Source of the DNA: Candidatus Melainabacteria bacterium
GTDB lineage: Bacteria > Cyanobacteriota > Vampirovibrionia > 2-02-FULL-35-15
DNA: 64,000 nucleotides
Direction of reading: 5' to 3'
Assembly: GCA_023250155.1 (NCBI GenBank)
Contig: JAHFBG010000005.1
Coordinates: 89,057 to 153,056, forward strand
The position numbers and the translations under genes were made by a program. Below are positions 28,550 to 39,032 of the stretch, piece after piece. How positions within the stretch are numbered: position 1 is the stretch's first letter; each line of letters opens with the position of its first letter. Below the pieces are notes generated by a model. It made no database searches. It had not been told where the DNA came from and saw only the letters and a list, made by a program, of their open reading frames with translations.

Positions 28550-28805
28550 TTGTTTTATCCTTTACAAATTTAGTTAATGCATTTAAAGATCTTATAGAAT
28601 CTGATAGCAGTTCCTCATCTATTACTTTAATCTTATATTTCTTTTCAAGAAACAGAACCAACTCTACACAACCAAAAGAATCAATAACTCCAGACGAGAA
28701 AAGATCTGTATCTGGCGTAACATTTACACCATCAAAGTTAAAGAGGAATTGTTTTGTCAAATAACTTTCAATCTCTTTTTTTGCTTCATCTGTTTTAATT
28801 AGCAT
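28533..28805 (-). CDS. Acyl carrier protein-like
   Basis: 90 aa. DLFSSGVIDSFGCVELVLFLEKKYKIKV matches the ACP DSL/phosphopantetheine-site helix II pattern. Confidence 0.55.
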   Translation of the reverse strand: MLIKTDEAKKEIESYLTKQFLFNFDGVNVTPDTDLFSSGVIDSFGCVELVLFLEKKYKIKVIDEELLSDSIRSLNALTKFVKDKTNEKSQ

Positions 28806-28836
28806 TTATTACCTCATTTGAAAAGCGAATTTTTTA

Positions 28837-29559
28837 CTATACCCACATATGGTAGTAATACTCTTTTTTCCTTAGTTTTGTAAATCCAAGTCGATTAAAA
28901 AAATTCATTGAAACTAAATTATCTTCATAAAACCTAGTGGCTAAAGTGGTTACAGTAGTGTTGTCCTTTATTGATTTTATATTGTCTTTGACTAATTGCA
29001 AAGGTGCAAAACCAATACGATAAGTTGGTTTAACTAAAAGTTCTTGTAGAAAAAGTAAATCATCGCTTGTAATTCGTAAGAAATGAAACCCTTCTAACTT
29101 ATTTTCTTTAGAGAAAAGTCCTAATGAGTATTTTGGGTAGGTATTAGCCAAATGCTTGAGTATTGTTAGCTTATGCTCTAGAACTGTTTCTTTTTTAATT
29201 TTTATATCTTTGGAATATCTGTTTGGTGGATAAATATCTAAAAGTTCTTTAACTTCATTCCAATTAGAATTGTCAAGCTCTTTAACCTTAAATAAAGATG
29301 GAATGTTTTCTATGTTCTTCCAAACCTGATTTATATCTGCTTCAACCTCATGTATAACACCTACATAAGAAAAACCATTTAGTTCCACAGGTTCTAACGA
29401 ACTAAGAACTATAAGATTATAATTATTTTGTTGTGCAGCTTCTGAAATAAGTTTCTCATCTTCTTTTTTAAGATTTCTAAAATCTTCTAAAGTCAAATTA
29501 CCAACCTTTGGTGCAATAACCCCTGAATCAAACGAATTTTCTTCAATTTTAAACTTCAT
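28837..29559 (-). CDS. Hypothetical protein, possibly GNAT-fold N-acyltransferase
   Basis: 240 aa. C-terminal ATRFYEDNLVSMNFFNRLGF resembles the GNAT motif. Adjacent to ACP and amidotransferases. Confidence 0.3.
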   Translation of the reverse strand: MKFKIEENSFDSGVIAPKVGNLTLEDFRNLKKEDEKLISEAAQQNNYNLIVLSSLEPVELNGFSYVGVIHEVEADINQVWKNIENIPSLFKVKELDNSNWNEVKELLDIYPPNRYSKDIKIKKETVLEHKLTILKHLANTYPKYSLGLFSKENKLEGFHFLRITSDDLLFLQELLVKPTYRIGFAPLQLVKDNIKSIKDNTTVTTLATRFYEDNLVSMNFFNRLGFTKLRKKEYYYHMWV

Positions 29560-29831
29560 ATTAATACCTAAACAAACAACGATTAACTAATTCTAGCACT
29601 CTAATTTTAAGAAGGAAATTTTTCTATCTACCGCCGATTTTTTCGCTGCGCTCCCAAAACCGGCTTTCCTTAGTGCTTCCGGTCTGCTATTTATAATACC
29701 TTACAGATTTTACCGAATAAATCAGATAAAATCTTACCTTATAAGTTGTTTACTTAAAATTATTATGCTAGTTAGGTAATAACAATAAATTCATCAAGAC
29801 CTTTTCTTTAGAAGGTTATTTGCTTTAATTC

Positions 29832-30752
29832 TTACAAACCTATCTGACTTGAAATCACATATAAAGGACGTTTCTTTACTTCAGAAAAAGTCTTACCAAG
29901 ATAGATTCCTATAATTCCAAGAATAGTTATTATTACACCGGACAGGAAATACAGTGAAACAAATAAGCTTGTCCAACCTGTTACAGGAGATCCAAGAAAT
30001 ATAGCTCTAAGTAAAATATAGGTACCATAAACAAATGCAATAAAAGACAGACTAAAGCCAAGCATAGTAACAACTCTTAGTGGTTTGTCTGAATAAGAAA
30101 TAATTGTCCCAATAGCTAGATGAATCATCTTTCCTAAAGTATAGGTACTAGAACCCTCAGTTCTTTTACCATGGATCACATCAATACTTGCAGTTGAAAA
30201 CCCTGTCCATTGAACAAGTCCATGAATGTATCTGTTTTCTTCTCGAATCTGTTTCAAGTTTTCTACAACCTTCCTTGAAAGTATCCTAAAAGCACCAACT
30301 TCTGAATCACAATTCATATCGGTTAAATAATTAAAAACTTTATAAAATAACCAGTTTTGAAAAACCTTTATTAAAGAGTCTTTTCTTTTTCCACGTCTTG
30401 CTAAAACCACATCAAAACCTTCTTTAGCTTTGTTATAGAGCTTTATAATCTCTTCTGGGTTGTCTTGTAAGTCACAGTCTATAATAACAACCCATTCTCC
30501 CTTACATGTATCAAGACCAGCAGTAATTGCATTATGCTGCCCAAAATTTCTTGATAGTCTTATGCCTTTTACTCTGCTGTCTTTTTTAGAACTTTCTATT
30601 ATTGATTCCCATGAATTATCTGGGCTACCATCATCTATTAAAAGTATTTCAAAATCATTAGTAATCTTGCTCAAAGTCTCAATGAGTTGAGCCACTAAAA
30701 TATCTACCATCTTCTTTGCTTTATATACAGGGCTAACTACACTTATATCCAT
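29832..30752 (-). CDS. Polyprenyl-phosphate glycosyltransferase, GT2 (ArnC/GtrB-like) with C-terminal TM helices
   Basis: VVSPVYKA…IDDGSPD…LSRNFGQ…IDCDLQD motifs. Two C-terminal TM segments. Confidence 0.75.
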   Translation of the reverse strand: MDISVVSPVYKAKKMVDILVAQLIETLSKITNDFEILLIDDGSPDNSWESIIESSKKDSRVKGIRLSRNFGQHNAITAGLDTCKGEWVVIIDCDLQDNPEEIIKLYNKAKEGFDVVLARRGKRKDSLIKVFQNWLFYKVFNYLTDMNCDSEVGAFRILSRKVVENLKQIREENRYIHGLVQWTGFSTASIDVIHGKRTEGSSTYTLGKMIHLAIGTIISYSDKPLRVVTMLGFSLSFIAFVYGTYILLRAIFLGSPVTGWTSLFVSLYFLSGVIITILGIIGIYLGKTFSEVKKRPLYVISSQIGL

Positions 30753-30765
30753 AAATAGTTTCTAC

Positions 30766-31932
30766 CTAACTTGCTAACTCCTTACTTAATAGAACTTTTC
30801 CTCTTAAGAATGATCCTATACTATCAATTACATAATCTTGTTCTTCCTCTGTCATATCATTATAAAAGGGTAATCTAAGAAGTCTTCTACTAATATTCTC
30901 AGTAACAGGCAAATCTCCTTCTTTAAATCCTAATTGTAATCCCATTGGTGATGAGTGGAGAGGGACATAATGAAAAACACTTGTTATTCCCTGCTGTTTT
31001 AAATGGTTAATCAAATCATTTCTCTGTATCTCATTTTCAAGCATAATATAAAACATATGATAGTTTGACACACAATCGTGAGGAATAACTGGTAGTTGAA
31101 TTTTTCCTTCTTTTTCTAAATCGTGCAACCCCTTATAATATCTATCAAAAATATTTTTACGAATGCTGTTTATCTTATCCATATTTTCAAGCTGTGCATA
31201 TAAAAAAGCAGCCAATACATCTGAAGGAAGATAAGAGCTACCAATATCTACCCATGTATACTTATCTATTTCACCCCTAAAAAACTTGCTTCGATTTGTT
31301 CCTTTTTCTCTAACTATTTCAGCACGTTCTATAAATCTTTCGTCATTTATTACTAAAGCTCCACCCTCACCACAAATAAAATTCTTAGTTTCATGAAAAC
31401 TATAACAACCAAATGTTCCTATAGTTCCTAAGAAATTATTCTTGTACATAGCATTAACACCTTGTGCAGCATCTTCAACTACATAGAGATTATGCTTCTT
31501 TGCTATGTCATTAATTTTATCCATGTTACAGGATACTCCTGCATAATGCACAGGAACAATCGCTTTAGTTTTTGATGTGATTTTTTCTTCAATTAAACTT
31601 TCATCTATGTTTTTTGTGTCAAGCCTTATATCTACAAAAACAGGTTTTGCTCCACGCAGCATAAAAGAATTTACTGTAGACACAAAAGTATAAGAAGGTG
31701 CTATCACTTCATCTCCCTCTTTTAAATCTATAAGAATAGAAGCTAATTCTAATGAATGTGTACATGAGGTAGTCAATAAAACTTTCTTTGCACCAAATAC
31801 CCTTTCCATAAGGTCATGGCATTTTTTAGTGTACAAACCATCACCTGAAATCTTTCCACTTAAGACAGAACTTTTAATATATTCAAGTTCAAGTCCTGTA
31901 AATGATGGCTTATTAAATGGTATTTTTTTCAT
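30766..31932 (-). CDS. DegT/DnrJ/EryC1/ArnB-family PLP-dependent sugar aminotransferase
   Basis: Typical family length (388 aa) and motifs, including a conserved Lys region (SFHETKN). Confidence 0.85.
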   Translation of the reverse strand: MKKIPFNKPSFTGLELEYIKSSVLSGKISGDGLYTKKCHDLMERVFGAKKVLLTTSCTHSLELASILIDLKEGDEVIAPSYTFVSTVNSFMLRGAKPVFVDIRLDTKNIDESLIEEKITSKTKAIVPVHYAGVSCNMDKINDIAKKHNLYVVEDAAQGVNAMYKNNFLGTIGTFGCYSFHETKNFICGEGGALVINDERFIERAEIVREKGTNRSKFFRGEIDKYTWVDIGSSYLPSDVLAAFLYAQLENMDKINSIRKNIFDRYYKGLHDLEKEGKIQLPVIPHDCVSNYHMFYIMLENEIQRNDLINHLKQQGITSVFHYVPLHSSPMGLQLGFKEGDLPVTENISRRLLRLPFYNDMTEEEQDYVIDSIGSFLRGKVLLSKELAS

Positions 31933-31934
31933 AC

Positions 31935-33962
31935 TTATACTTTACTACTTAATAAAGAATCAATCTCATATAGTCTAGCTTTTGCTTTATCACTAAAGGG
32001 GTTTAACCGTAACATAATACGAAGTGTTTGTTTAGCTTCTTCATACATCTTATTTTCTACAAATATTCTAGCAGCTTGATAATACAATTCCTCTCCCGTT
32101 ACAAAAAGAGCTTTATCATAAGAAATACTTTTTTCTAAATAGGATAAAGCTTTATCATTATTGCCTATTTTACTATAAAACAACCCAGCAAAAAGATATG
32201 GAAAGGATGACTTCGGATTTAGTTTGATATAGTTTTCTACTAAAGGTATAGCTTCATTATATTTTTTGGTTCTTAACACAATTTCAATAAACGTAGTATT
32301 GTAAGAAAGTTGAAACTTAGGATTATTGATTATAGCCTGCTTTGTAGCTTCCCAAGCCATATCCCACTTGTTTACTCGTACCAAGAAGCTTGCAATTTCA
32401 TTCCATCCAATATAATTACCTTTTACCACTAATGCAGAATCAAAAGCCTTACTTAGATCATCAAAACGTTTTGTTTCTACAAGAAAATTAAATATTAATC
32501 TATAAACCAAGTAATTATATTGCATTTGCATTGGTCCATAGCTAATTGCAAGACTAGGTTTAAGATCTAGGAATTTATCAAGCCAATCTTCAATAATAGA
32601 ACCTTTACTTAAAAAGCCAGATAGTCTATCTAATTCATTTTGTTTTCTTGCTTGCTCTATAGCAAGCTTAACCCATAATGGCTTATTCCATACAGGGGCT
32701 TCTTTAACACAATATACAAACTGATTTAGAAAATCTTTGCTAGATGGCATATAGTATAAAGTTCTACTAATCAAAAAACAAAATAAAGAAAGACAAATCA
32801 ATAAAACAAGCTTACGTTTAACTATTGATTTTGTTAACAATCCAAATAAAGCCAAAGTTAAACCTAAACTTGGAATGTATAAATATCTTAAAGCCACTAT
32901 TGAAAACAAAGGAATTATTTGAATTACTAATAACATAGAAATTAAAAACCATATTATACCTATGCTAAATAAAGGAATTGTTCTAAAAAATACTATTGCA
33001 AAAATTATTAAAGCAATTACAATACACTGGCAAAATATACTATATGGGCTCAATAAAGAATCACCTACCATATACCACTCAGCAGCACTGTCAACTAACC
33101 CGTATGGACAGAAAAATAGTTTTAAATAATGAACAAGTAATTGAGGAGAAAACCAAACTGCTCTAAATAAGATATCTTTCATTGAACCTATTTCCATCCA
33201 CCTGGTTACTAGATTTGCACTTTCTATCAAACCACCATTAGTCGCTAGATACCTTACTAAAAAATAAACAGGATAAATTGAAATTATTGAAAATAATAAT
33301 GAGAGATTTCTTTTTGTGATCAATTCTTCTCTCTTTAAAAAACAGAGAATAAAAAACAACAAAATAGGAAAAAATAAAAAATACTCTACAGACATTATCC
33401 CAAGAAGAAAAAATATATTACCTACTAACATTAGTAAATAACTTTTATATGTAATATTTCTATCTGCTACCTTTAAGTAAAGTAAAAAATAACTTAATAT
33501 AAAACCAAATCCCATTATCCCTGGACCAACTACAAGCCTAGTTAACTGTTGTTGATTAACAGGGTGTATTGTCCACAAAGAAACAATTAAAACTGATATT
33601 AATTTACTGCTAGTAATCCGACAGAATAAAATTGTAGCTAATACACAAACGATACATTGTGCAAAATATTGATAAAGATGAAAACCAAATGGAAAGGCAT
33701 TTTTACCAAAGAAAAAATTGATCAAAAAACACTGCAAACAATGAACTGGCATATAATGATCAGATACCATCCCTGTAACAGAATAAAAGGATTTAATCAC
33801 TAATTGAAAGTCCTTTGTCTGTGGAGTAATTACAAAGGAATCATCACCCCATGCTTGTCCAAAATAAATTGATTGATAATATAAAAAGCAAAACAATAAA
33901 GATGGAATGAGAAAATAATATTTTTCCAATACTCTCAAAATATAGCTTGTAATGATTTTCAT
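31935..33962 (-). CDS. Polytopic membrane protein with C-terminal TPR repeats, TMTC/PMT-like GT-C candidate
   Basis: WGDDSF first-loop acidic motif. VWFSPQLLVHYLKLFFCPYG block paralogous to the 1004 and 12653 ORFs. TPR C-terminus. Confidence 0.55.
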   Translation of the reverse strand: MKIITSYILRVLEKYYFLIPSLLFCFLYYQSIYFGQAWGDDSFVITPQTKDFQLVIKSFYSVTGMVSDHYMPVHCLQCFLINFFFGKNAFPFGFHLYQYFAQCIVCVLATILFCRITSSKLISVLIVSLWTIHPVNQQQLTRLVVGPGIMGFGFILSYFLLYLKVADRNITYKSYLLMLVGNIFFLLGIMSVEYFLFFPILLFFILCFLKREELITKRNLSLLFSIISIYPVYFLVRYLATNGGLIESANLVTRWMEIGSMKDILFRAVWFSPQLLVHYLKLFFCPYGLVDSAAEWYMVGDSLLSPYSIFCQCIVIALIIFAIVFFRTIPLFSIGIIWFLISMLLVIQIIPLFSIVALRYLYIPSLGLTLALFGLLTKSIVKRKLVLLICLSLFCFLISRTLYYMPSSKDFLNQFVYCVKEAPVWNKPLWVKLAIEQARKQNELDRLSGFLSKGSIIEDWLDKFLDLKPSLAISYGPMQMQYNYLVYRLIFNFLVETKRFDDLSKAFDSALVVKGNYIGWNEIASFLVRVNKWDMAWEATKQAIINNPKFQLSYNTTFIEIVLRTKKYNEAIPLVENYIKLNPKSSFPYLFAGLFYSKIGNNDKALSYLEKSISYDKALFVTGEELYYQAARIFVENKMYEEAKQTLRIMLRLNPFSDKAKARLYEIDSLLSSKV

Positions 33963-34915
33963 TTTGTTGCAACTATAAGTAAAGAACTACCAAAAGGAAA
34001 CCGCATACCAATTTTAATGAGTATTGTTTCAAGATTCAATATTACTTCAAAAACTGTATTTAAAATAGTATTTAACTTAAACTCAGAATAAAGATCAAAT
34101 TTACCATTTAGCAATTTCAACCTCATCCTGGATAGTGTAATAAAAGGTAGTAAAAATGCTACAAAAGATGTCGAAGTTAGAACTTTAAATCCAGCATTTT
34201 CTATCTTAGTTTTTAATTCATTGATTCCATATCGCCTCTTGTGAAAGCTTACTTCATCAACCTTACTCCATAAGAATTTATGTTGTGGAACTGTTAAAAT
34301 CAACCCACCACCAGGCTTAATTGCTTTGTACATTTGCTCCAAAACTTCTTCATCCTCTTTAATATGTTCTAAAACATCAAACGCTCCCATTACATCAAAC
34401 TCTTCTTTAAATGGTATTAATCTAGCATCCATTTGAAAGAACTTAGCCTTAGTTCTTTTCTTAGCAAACTCCAATCCTTCTTTAAATATCTCACTTCCAT
34501 ATAAATCTAAATCAGGAAAAGCTTTTTCAATTCCAGAAAGAACAAAACCTGTTCCACAACCTACTTCAAAGAAATCTGTTGCATGTGGAAAATATTTACC
34601 TAAAGTCCATACTATTAACTTGTTTCTACTACAAAACCAAAAATTAGATGCTTCCAAGCTTGCTAGATTTTCAAAATAACCAGAAGCAAAACCTTCATTA
34701 GCTTGTGAAGAATCATTTGAAAAGAAAAGAAAACCGTTATTGCTTTGTGGCTCATATCCACAAGCTGGACAAATCCAATTATTTCTTTCAAAGTCTTTTT
34801 TACAACTTATACAAACCTTCATATTAGTTTTATCTTCTACCCCAAACTTAAACTTCACTAATAACATCAAATCCTTTAAAGCAATAAGTTTTTTTATTGT
34901 ACCAAGAATACTCAT
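33959..34915 (-). CDS. SAM-dependent methyltransferase with N-terminal zinc ribbon
   Basis: CISCKK…CPACGY zinc ribbon, EVGCGTGF motif I, FDVLEHI. True start may be the internal Met (MKVCISC). Confidence 0.6.
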   Translation of the reverse strand: MSILGTIKKLIALKDLMLLVKFKFGVEDKTNMKVCISCKKDFERNNWICPACGYEPQSNNGFLFFSNDSSQANEGFASGYFENLASLEASNFWFCSRNKLIVWTLGKYFPHATDFFEVGCGTGFVLSGIEKAFPDLDLYGSEIFKEGLEFAKKRTKAKFFQMDARLIPFKEEFDVMGAFDVLEHIKEDEEVLEQMYKAIKPGGGLILTVPQHKFLWSKVDEVSFHKRRYGINELKTKIENAGFKVLTSTSFVAFLLPFITLSRMRLKLLNGKFDLYSEFKLNTILNTVFEVILNLETILIKIGMRFPFGSSLLIVATK

Positions 34916-34979
34916 AATTACTAATTTATAGTTCGTGGTTCATGATGAACTATGAACTATTGATGAAGCTATTAAGATA

Positions 34980-36725
34980 TTAATTCCTCTCATATACAGC
35001 ATAAATATCAGCACCATTACTTGATGAGTCATTGACTTGTATCTCAGTCTTTATATGATAATTCTTTAATAAAAAAGAGTTTAACCAATTTAAAAATAAC
35101 TTCATCTTTTCAAGATGCCAGTCTTGTAGATGTACAGAATGAGGTAAAACTATAATCTTTGGCGGCATGCTCAAAAAGTCTTTCTTTACAAGCTCAATAC
35201 TATTATCAATGTATTGTTTATATGAAAAATACTCAGAAACTGCAGTAGTAGAACACAACCTTTTCATATAAACATACATAGTAATTGGAAAATATACAGC
35301 TTGGGCTTTACTGTTCGGCAAATCCAATATATAAACTGTATCTTTTTTATTTGGTATAAAACTATTAATTAAATCAGCAACAATAGGTACATAGTATACC
35401 CTGTTTGGATTCTTTTCTTTTCTTGTGACAGGATCTTCAAATGATTCTGGCTGATAAAACATATTCAATTTAACACTTTCACTAATTTGGTTTAATAATG
35501 CAGGAGTCACTAAATATAATCTATGTATAAAAAAGACAATAACAAGTCCAAATACTAAAATCTTTAAAAATTTGACTGAAGGAAAATAGTTAAAAATATC
35601 TTGAATTAACAAGATAAGAAAGATTGACACTGGTACCCATACTAAGATGTAGTAATAAGCACCATAACCACCAGGCGCTATGACTGCACAAATATTTCCA
35701 AAACTCCATATACTTATAAGTACAATAAATATATGAGAAGGATTGCTTGAACGAGTAAAACAAGATCTAAGTCCTATAAAAACCATGCCAAACAAAGATA
35801 TACCAAGCAATAAAAGATTGCTTAATATAGATTGTGCATTGTGGACAGTTGAAGAAACATCTCTTCTTAAAAACATATGAATGCTAGAAACAAATGATTG
35901 AGCTGATTTTACAGCATCATCACTATAGACTCCTACATCAAAACATCTATGCCAATAAGCCACTAAATCTACTTTGTAGAGATAGATTCCTAGATTAAAT
36001 AACAATAAACCAAGCAACATTCCACCAAACAAACAAAACAAATTGCTACTGTTTTTCTTAATTAGCTCTCTTTTAAAGATTGTCAAATACACTAACCAAC
36101 ACATATAAGCAATGAGCAATACACCACCACTAGCTTTAAACATAATAGGCATAGAAGCAAATAGACCTGCAAGCACAGATAGTAAAAAAGCGTTTGTACC
36201 CTGTATAGCTTTAAGTAAAGAAAAAAATGACAACAAAGAAAATAAAACAATAAAATACTCTGCTTCCAATGTAAAAGCAGATTCAAATTCGTGTTTCAAT
36301 CCCCATCCTCCAATGGGTGTTAGCTGAACTAGTATCCAAACTAATACAGCTAATCCTACATAAAACTCACTGGTAAACAAAGTCTTGCATATTAAAAACA
36401 TTAAAATACCAATCATTATTACAATAAAGGTTTGAATAAAATGAACTACAATAATAGACCACGTACCAAATCCAAACAGTTTCAATACCAATGCATAAAC
36501 TAAAATCAACAAAGTCAAACAAGGTCTTTCTGGTGGATGAAAATGTAATCCATTTAAATAGTGTTGCCCCCAAATAAAATAAAAACCTTCATTTTGACTG
36601 CTGCAAAGAACTGAGAGATTAAATGGTAACTTTAGTAAAAAGTAAAACACCAATGAACCAATAAAAATATAAGTACCTAATCTATTGTAGAAATCTTTAT
36701 TTAAAGCTGGTTTGAACATATTCAA
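34980..36725 (-). CDS. Polytopic membrane protein (about 12 TM), possibly a GT-C-like glycosyltransferase
   Basis: 581 aa, highly hydrophobic, in glycan locus. No clear DE motif (QNEGFY), so family is uncertain. Confidence 0.35.
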   Translation of the reverse strand: MNMFKPALNKDFYNRLGTYIFIGSLVFYFLLKLPFNLSVLCSSQNEGFYFIWGQHYLNGLHFHPPERPCLTLLILVYALVLKLFGFGTWSIIVVHFIQTFIVIMIGILMFLICKTLFTSEFYVGLAVLVWILVQLTPIGGWGLKHEFESAFTLEAEYFIVLFSLLSFFSLLKAIQGTNAFLLSVLAGLFASMPIMFKASGGVLLIAYMCWLVYLTIFKRELIKKNSSNLFCLFGGMLLGLLLFNLGIYLYKVDLVAYWHRCFDVGVYSDDAVKSAQSFVSSIHMFLRRDVSSTVHNAQSILSNLLLLGISLFGMVFIGLRSCFTRSSNPSHIFIVLISIWSFGNICAVIAPGGYGAYYYILVWVPVSIFLILLIQDIFNYFPSVKFLKILVFGLVIVFFIHRLYLVTPALLNQISESVKLNMFYQPESFEDPVTRKEKNPNRVYYVPIVADLINSFIPNKKDTVYILDLPNSKAQAVYFPITMYVYMKRLCSTTAVSEYFSYKQYIDNSIELVKKDFLSMPPKIIVLPHSVHLQDWHLEKMKLFLNWLNSFLLKNYHIKTEIQVNDSSSNGADIYAVYERN

Positions 36726-36805
36726 TCAACACTATTATAATGGGAGCTTATAAGAAAATGTGAATTTGTTTTGCCCTATACAAATAAGGTATAATTTACT
36801 AACTA

Positions 36806-38020
36806 ATGTCTAAAAGCTTAAAAGTCTTAATGGTAAACTACGAATTCCCTCCTATAGGTGGTGGGGGCGGTACTACCACACGTTTCCTAGCTAAGTATAT
36901 GGTAAGACTTGGATTAGATGTTTCTCTGATTACATCAAAACCAGGAAATGACAACACTCTAATTCATCCTGATGGATTTAAAATTTATTATGTAGGTCCT
37001 ACAAGGACCAATCACACTACTACCTATATATCAGAGCTAGCACGTTTCATGGGAACAACTATTTTCTATGCAAAAAATCTTATTAAAACCATAAATCCAG
37101 ACATCATACATTGTTTTTTTGCAATACCCTGTGGAGCATTTGGGCTTTATTGTAAAAAGACTTTCAATATTCCATATATAACTTCTACCCTGGGTGCTGA
37201 TGTTCCTGGTTTTAATATAGGAGATAAAAGATTAAATGCTTATCACTTTTTAACACAATCTCTTACAAAATCAATCTGGAACAATTCATCTTTTATAGTA
37301 GCAAACAGCTCATCACTAAAAGAACTCTGTGAAAAGTTTATGCCAAGCCTTTCATTAAAACATCATTCAATCACTAATGGCGTTGATACAGAAGTGTTTT
37401 ACCCAAGCTCATTACACAACACACCTGAAAACAATATCGTAAAACTACTATTCGTTAGTCGATTAAGCTCACAGAAAGGTGTTGAAACATTAATCAAAGC
37501 ATGTGGAATATTGCTTCAACGAAAAGTTTCAAACTTCAAATTAACTATTGTTGGTGATGGTCCATTAAAAGATAGAATGTTTTCATTGATTAATGAGTAT
37601 AAATTAAAAGATAAAATTGATTTCCTGGGATGGGTTAGGCTTGAAGAACTACCAGATATTTACAGAGACTCTAATGTTTTTATTTTGCCATCTGTTATGG
37701 AAGGTATGCCTAGCGTAGTTCTACAAGCCATGGCTTGTGGGCTTCCCATCATAGCTTCTAAAGTAAAAGGTTTTGAAGAGGTCTTAGAGGAAAATGTAAA
37801 TGGTTTATTAGCTGAGTATAATGATGAAATAGCTTTTGCTAATGCCATTGAACAATTAATAAAATCACCTGACTTATTAAACAAAATGTCTAAAAACAGT
37901 TTTGAAAAGTCTAAGCAGTTTTCATGGAAAACAATTGCTGAAAGATATTTAGAGCTTTATGAAAAGGCTTTATACACTACTATAAAGTCAAAAGAAGTGG
38001 CACCTGCTATTTCTTCCTAA
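36806..38020 (+). CDS. Glycosyltransferase family 4 (GT-B)
   Basis: N-terminal EFPPIGGGGG loop. C-terminal E..G.P..EAMA-like motif (MEGMPSVVLQAMACGLPIIAS). Confidence 0.75.
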   Translation: MSKSLKVLMVNYEFPPIGGGGGTTTRFLAKYMVRLGLDVSLITSKPGNDNTLIHPDGFKIYYVGPTRTNHTTTYISELARFMGTTIFYAKNLIKTINPDIIHCFFAIPCGAFGLYCKKTFNIPYITSTLGADVPGFNIGDKRLNAYHFLTQSLTKSIWNNSSFIVANSSSLKELCEKFMPSLSLKHHSITNGVDTEVFYPSSLHNTPENNIVKLLFVSRLSSQKGVETLIKACGILLQRKVSNFKLTIVGDGPLKDRMFSLINEYKLKDKIDFLGWVRLEELPDIYRDSNVFILPSVMEGMPSVVLQAMACGLPIIASKVKGFEEVLEENVNGLLAEYNDEIAFANAIEQLIKSPDLLNKMSKNSFEKSKQFSWKTIAERYLELYEKALYTTIKSKEVAPAISS

Positions 38021-38909
38021 CAGTAAGAACAATCGGAGTGTACATCTGAAAAGCATTTAAAACATCTGCTACTAAAAATGATATTTTTAATTTTTGTACT
38101 AACTGTACAAGTGGTCTAATAGTACGAAGTGAAGCCCAGTCACTATAATTTCCTATAGTCAAGCGATTTTTAAATATATCTTTCCCCCAGCTTAAAACCT
38201 TAGCTTTGTCACTAATCTCTTTTAAGATTTCTCTAATGCTAAATGGGCTAATTAGTTGTAAAGTATCTATGTAATCAGGATTTTGACCAATTAGTTTAAT
38301 ATAAATCTTAGCTAAAAATCTATTCGTTAAGCATGGCCAAAGTACTCCATAATGCCCTTCCCAAAATGAAAAATAATTTGGGACTACAAACTGCAAATAA
38401 CCACCAGGTCTTAAAATACGAAGTGATTCTCTTAGTACAAGCCTTGGATCTTTTACATGTTCAAGCACATTTGTAGAGTAAACTAAATCAAAACTATTGT
38501 CTTCAAATGGTAACTCTTCAGCAAACCCTTTCACCACTATATCTTTAGGCAGGTTATATTCTTCCAGTAATGCTTTTGATATTTCATTGAAGGGTGAAAA
38601 CTCATCTTTTGATGGCTCTACACCATAAGCATCAATATTGTATTTTGTTCTAGCTGTTATTAAAAAAGTACCAACACCTGCACCAATTTCTAAAAGTTTT
38701 TTCCCTTGAAAACTATAAGACTCCTGTTTATTTACTTCTGACTGAAATAACTCAATTTGCTCTATAGCTCTTTCAGAAGTTAAGAACTCAGCCGCAACTA
38801 GCCTAGTATCTCTACTTAAAAGCTCACCAACTGATTCTTTTAAAGCTACTGCTAATTTATCTACTATTGATTTATCTTTTGAAATTAAGGTAACCATTAT
38901 CTCTTTCAT
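38007..38909 (-). CDS. SAM-dependent methyltransferase
   Basis: LEIGAGVGTF motif I, VYSTNVLEHV, RPGGYL. Confidence 0.6.
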   Translation of the reverse strand: MKEIMVTLISKDKSIVDKLAVALKESVGELLSRDTRLVAAEFLTSERAIEQIELFQSEVNKQESYSFQGKKLLEIGAGVGTFLITARTKYNIDAYGVEPSKDEFSPFNEISKALLEEYNLPKDIVVKGFAEELPFEDNSFDLVYSTNVLEHVKDPRLVLRESLRILRPGGYLQFVVPNYFSFWEGHYGVLWPCLTNRFLAKIYIKLIGQNPDYIDTLQLISPFSIREILKEISDKAKVLSWGKDIFKNRLTIGNYSDWASLRTIRPLVQLVQKLKISFLVADVLNAFQMYTPIVLTVRKK

Positions 38910-39032
38910 TATGACTCAAGCAACGTGTATATTCAAGAGTAAAGAATGTACATTCTTCTTAACCAAGTTAAAAGTAAATACTAGGAACCTAGAGAACAAC
39001 ACAATCAACAATACAAGTATAATAATTAAGTC

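Noticed and set aside
29630-29700. GC-richer stretch (ccgccgattttttcgctgcgctcccaaaaccggctttccttagtgcttccggtc) in the 272-nt intergenic region upstream of the ArnC-like GT2
   Set aside because: I could not find the core motif of the in-frame repeat family or a convincing long hairpin. It could be a promoter or leader element or a small RNA. The evidence from sequence alone is insufficient.
34916-34979. Imperfect inverted repeat tagttcgtggttcat-g-atgaactatgaacta between two minus-strand genes
   Set aside because: The stems have 3 mismatches in 15 and no T-tract. It may be an operator or attenuator, but is too weak to call.
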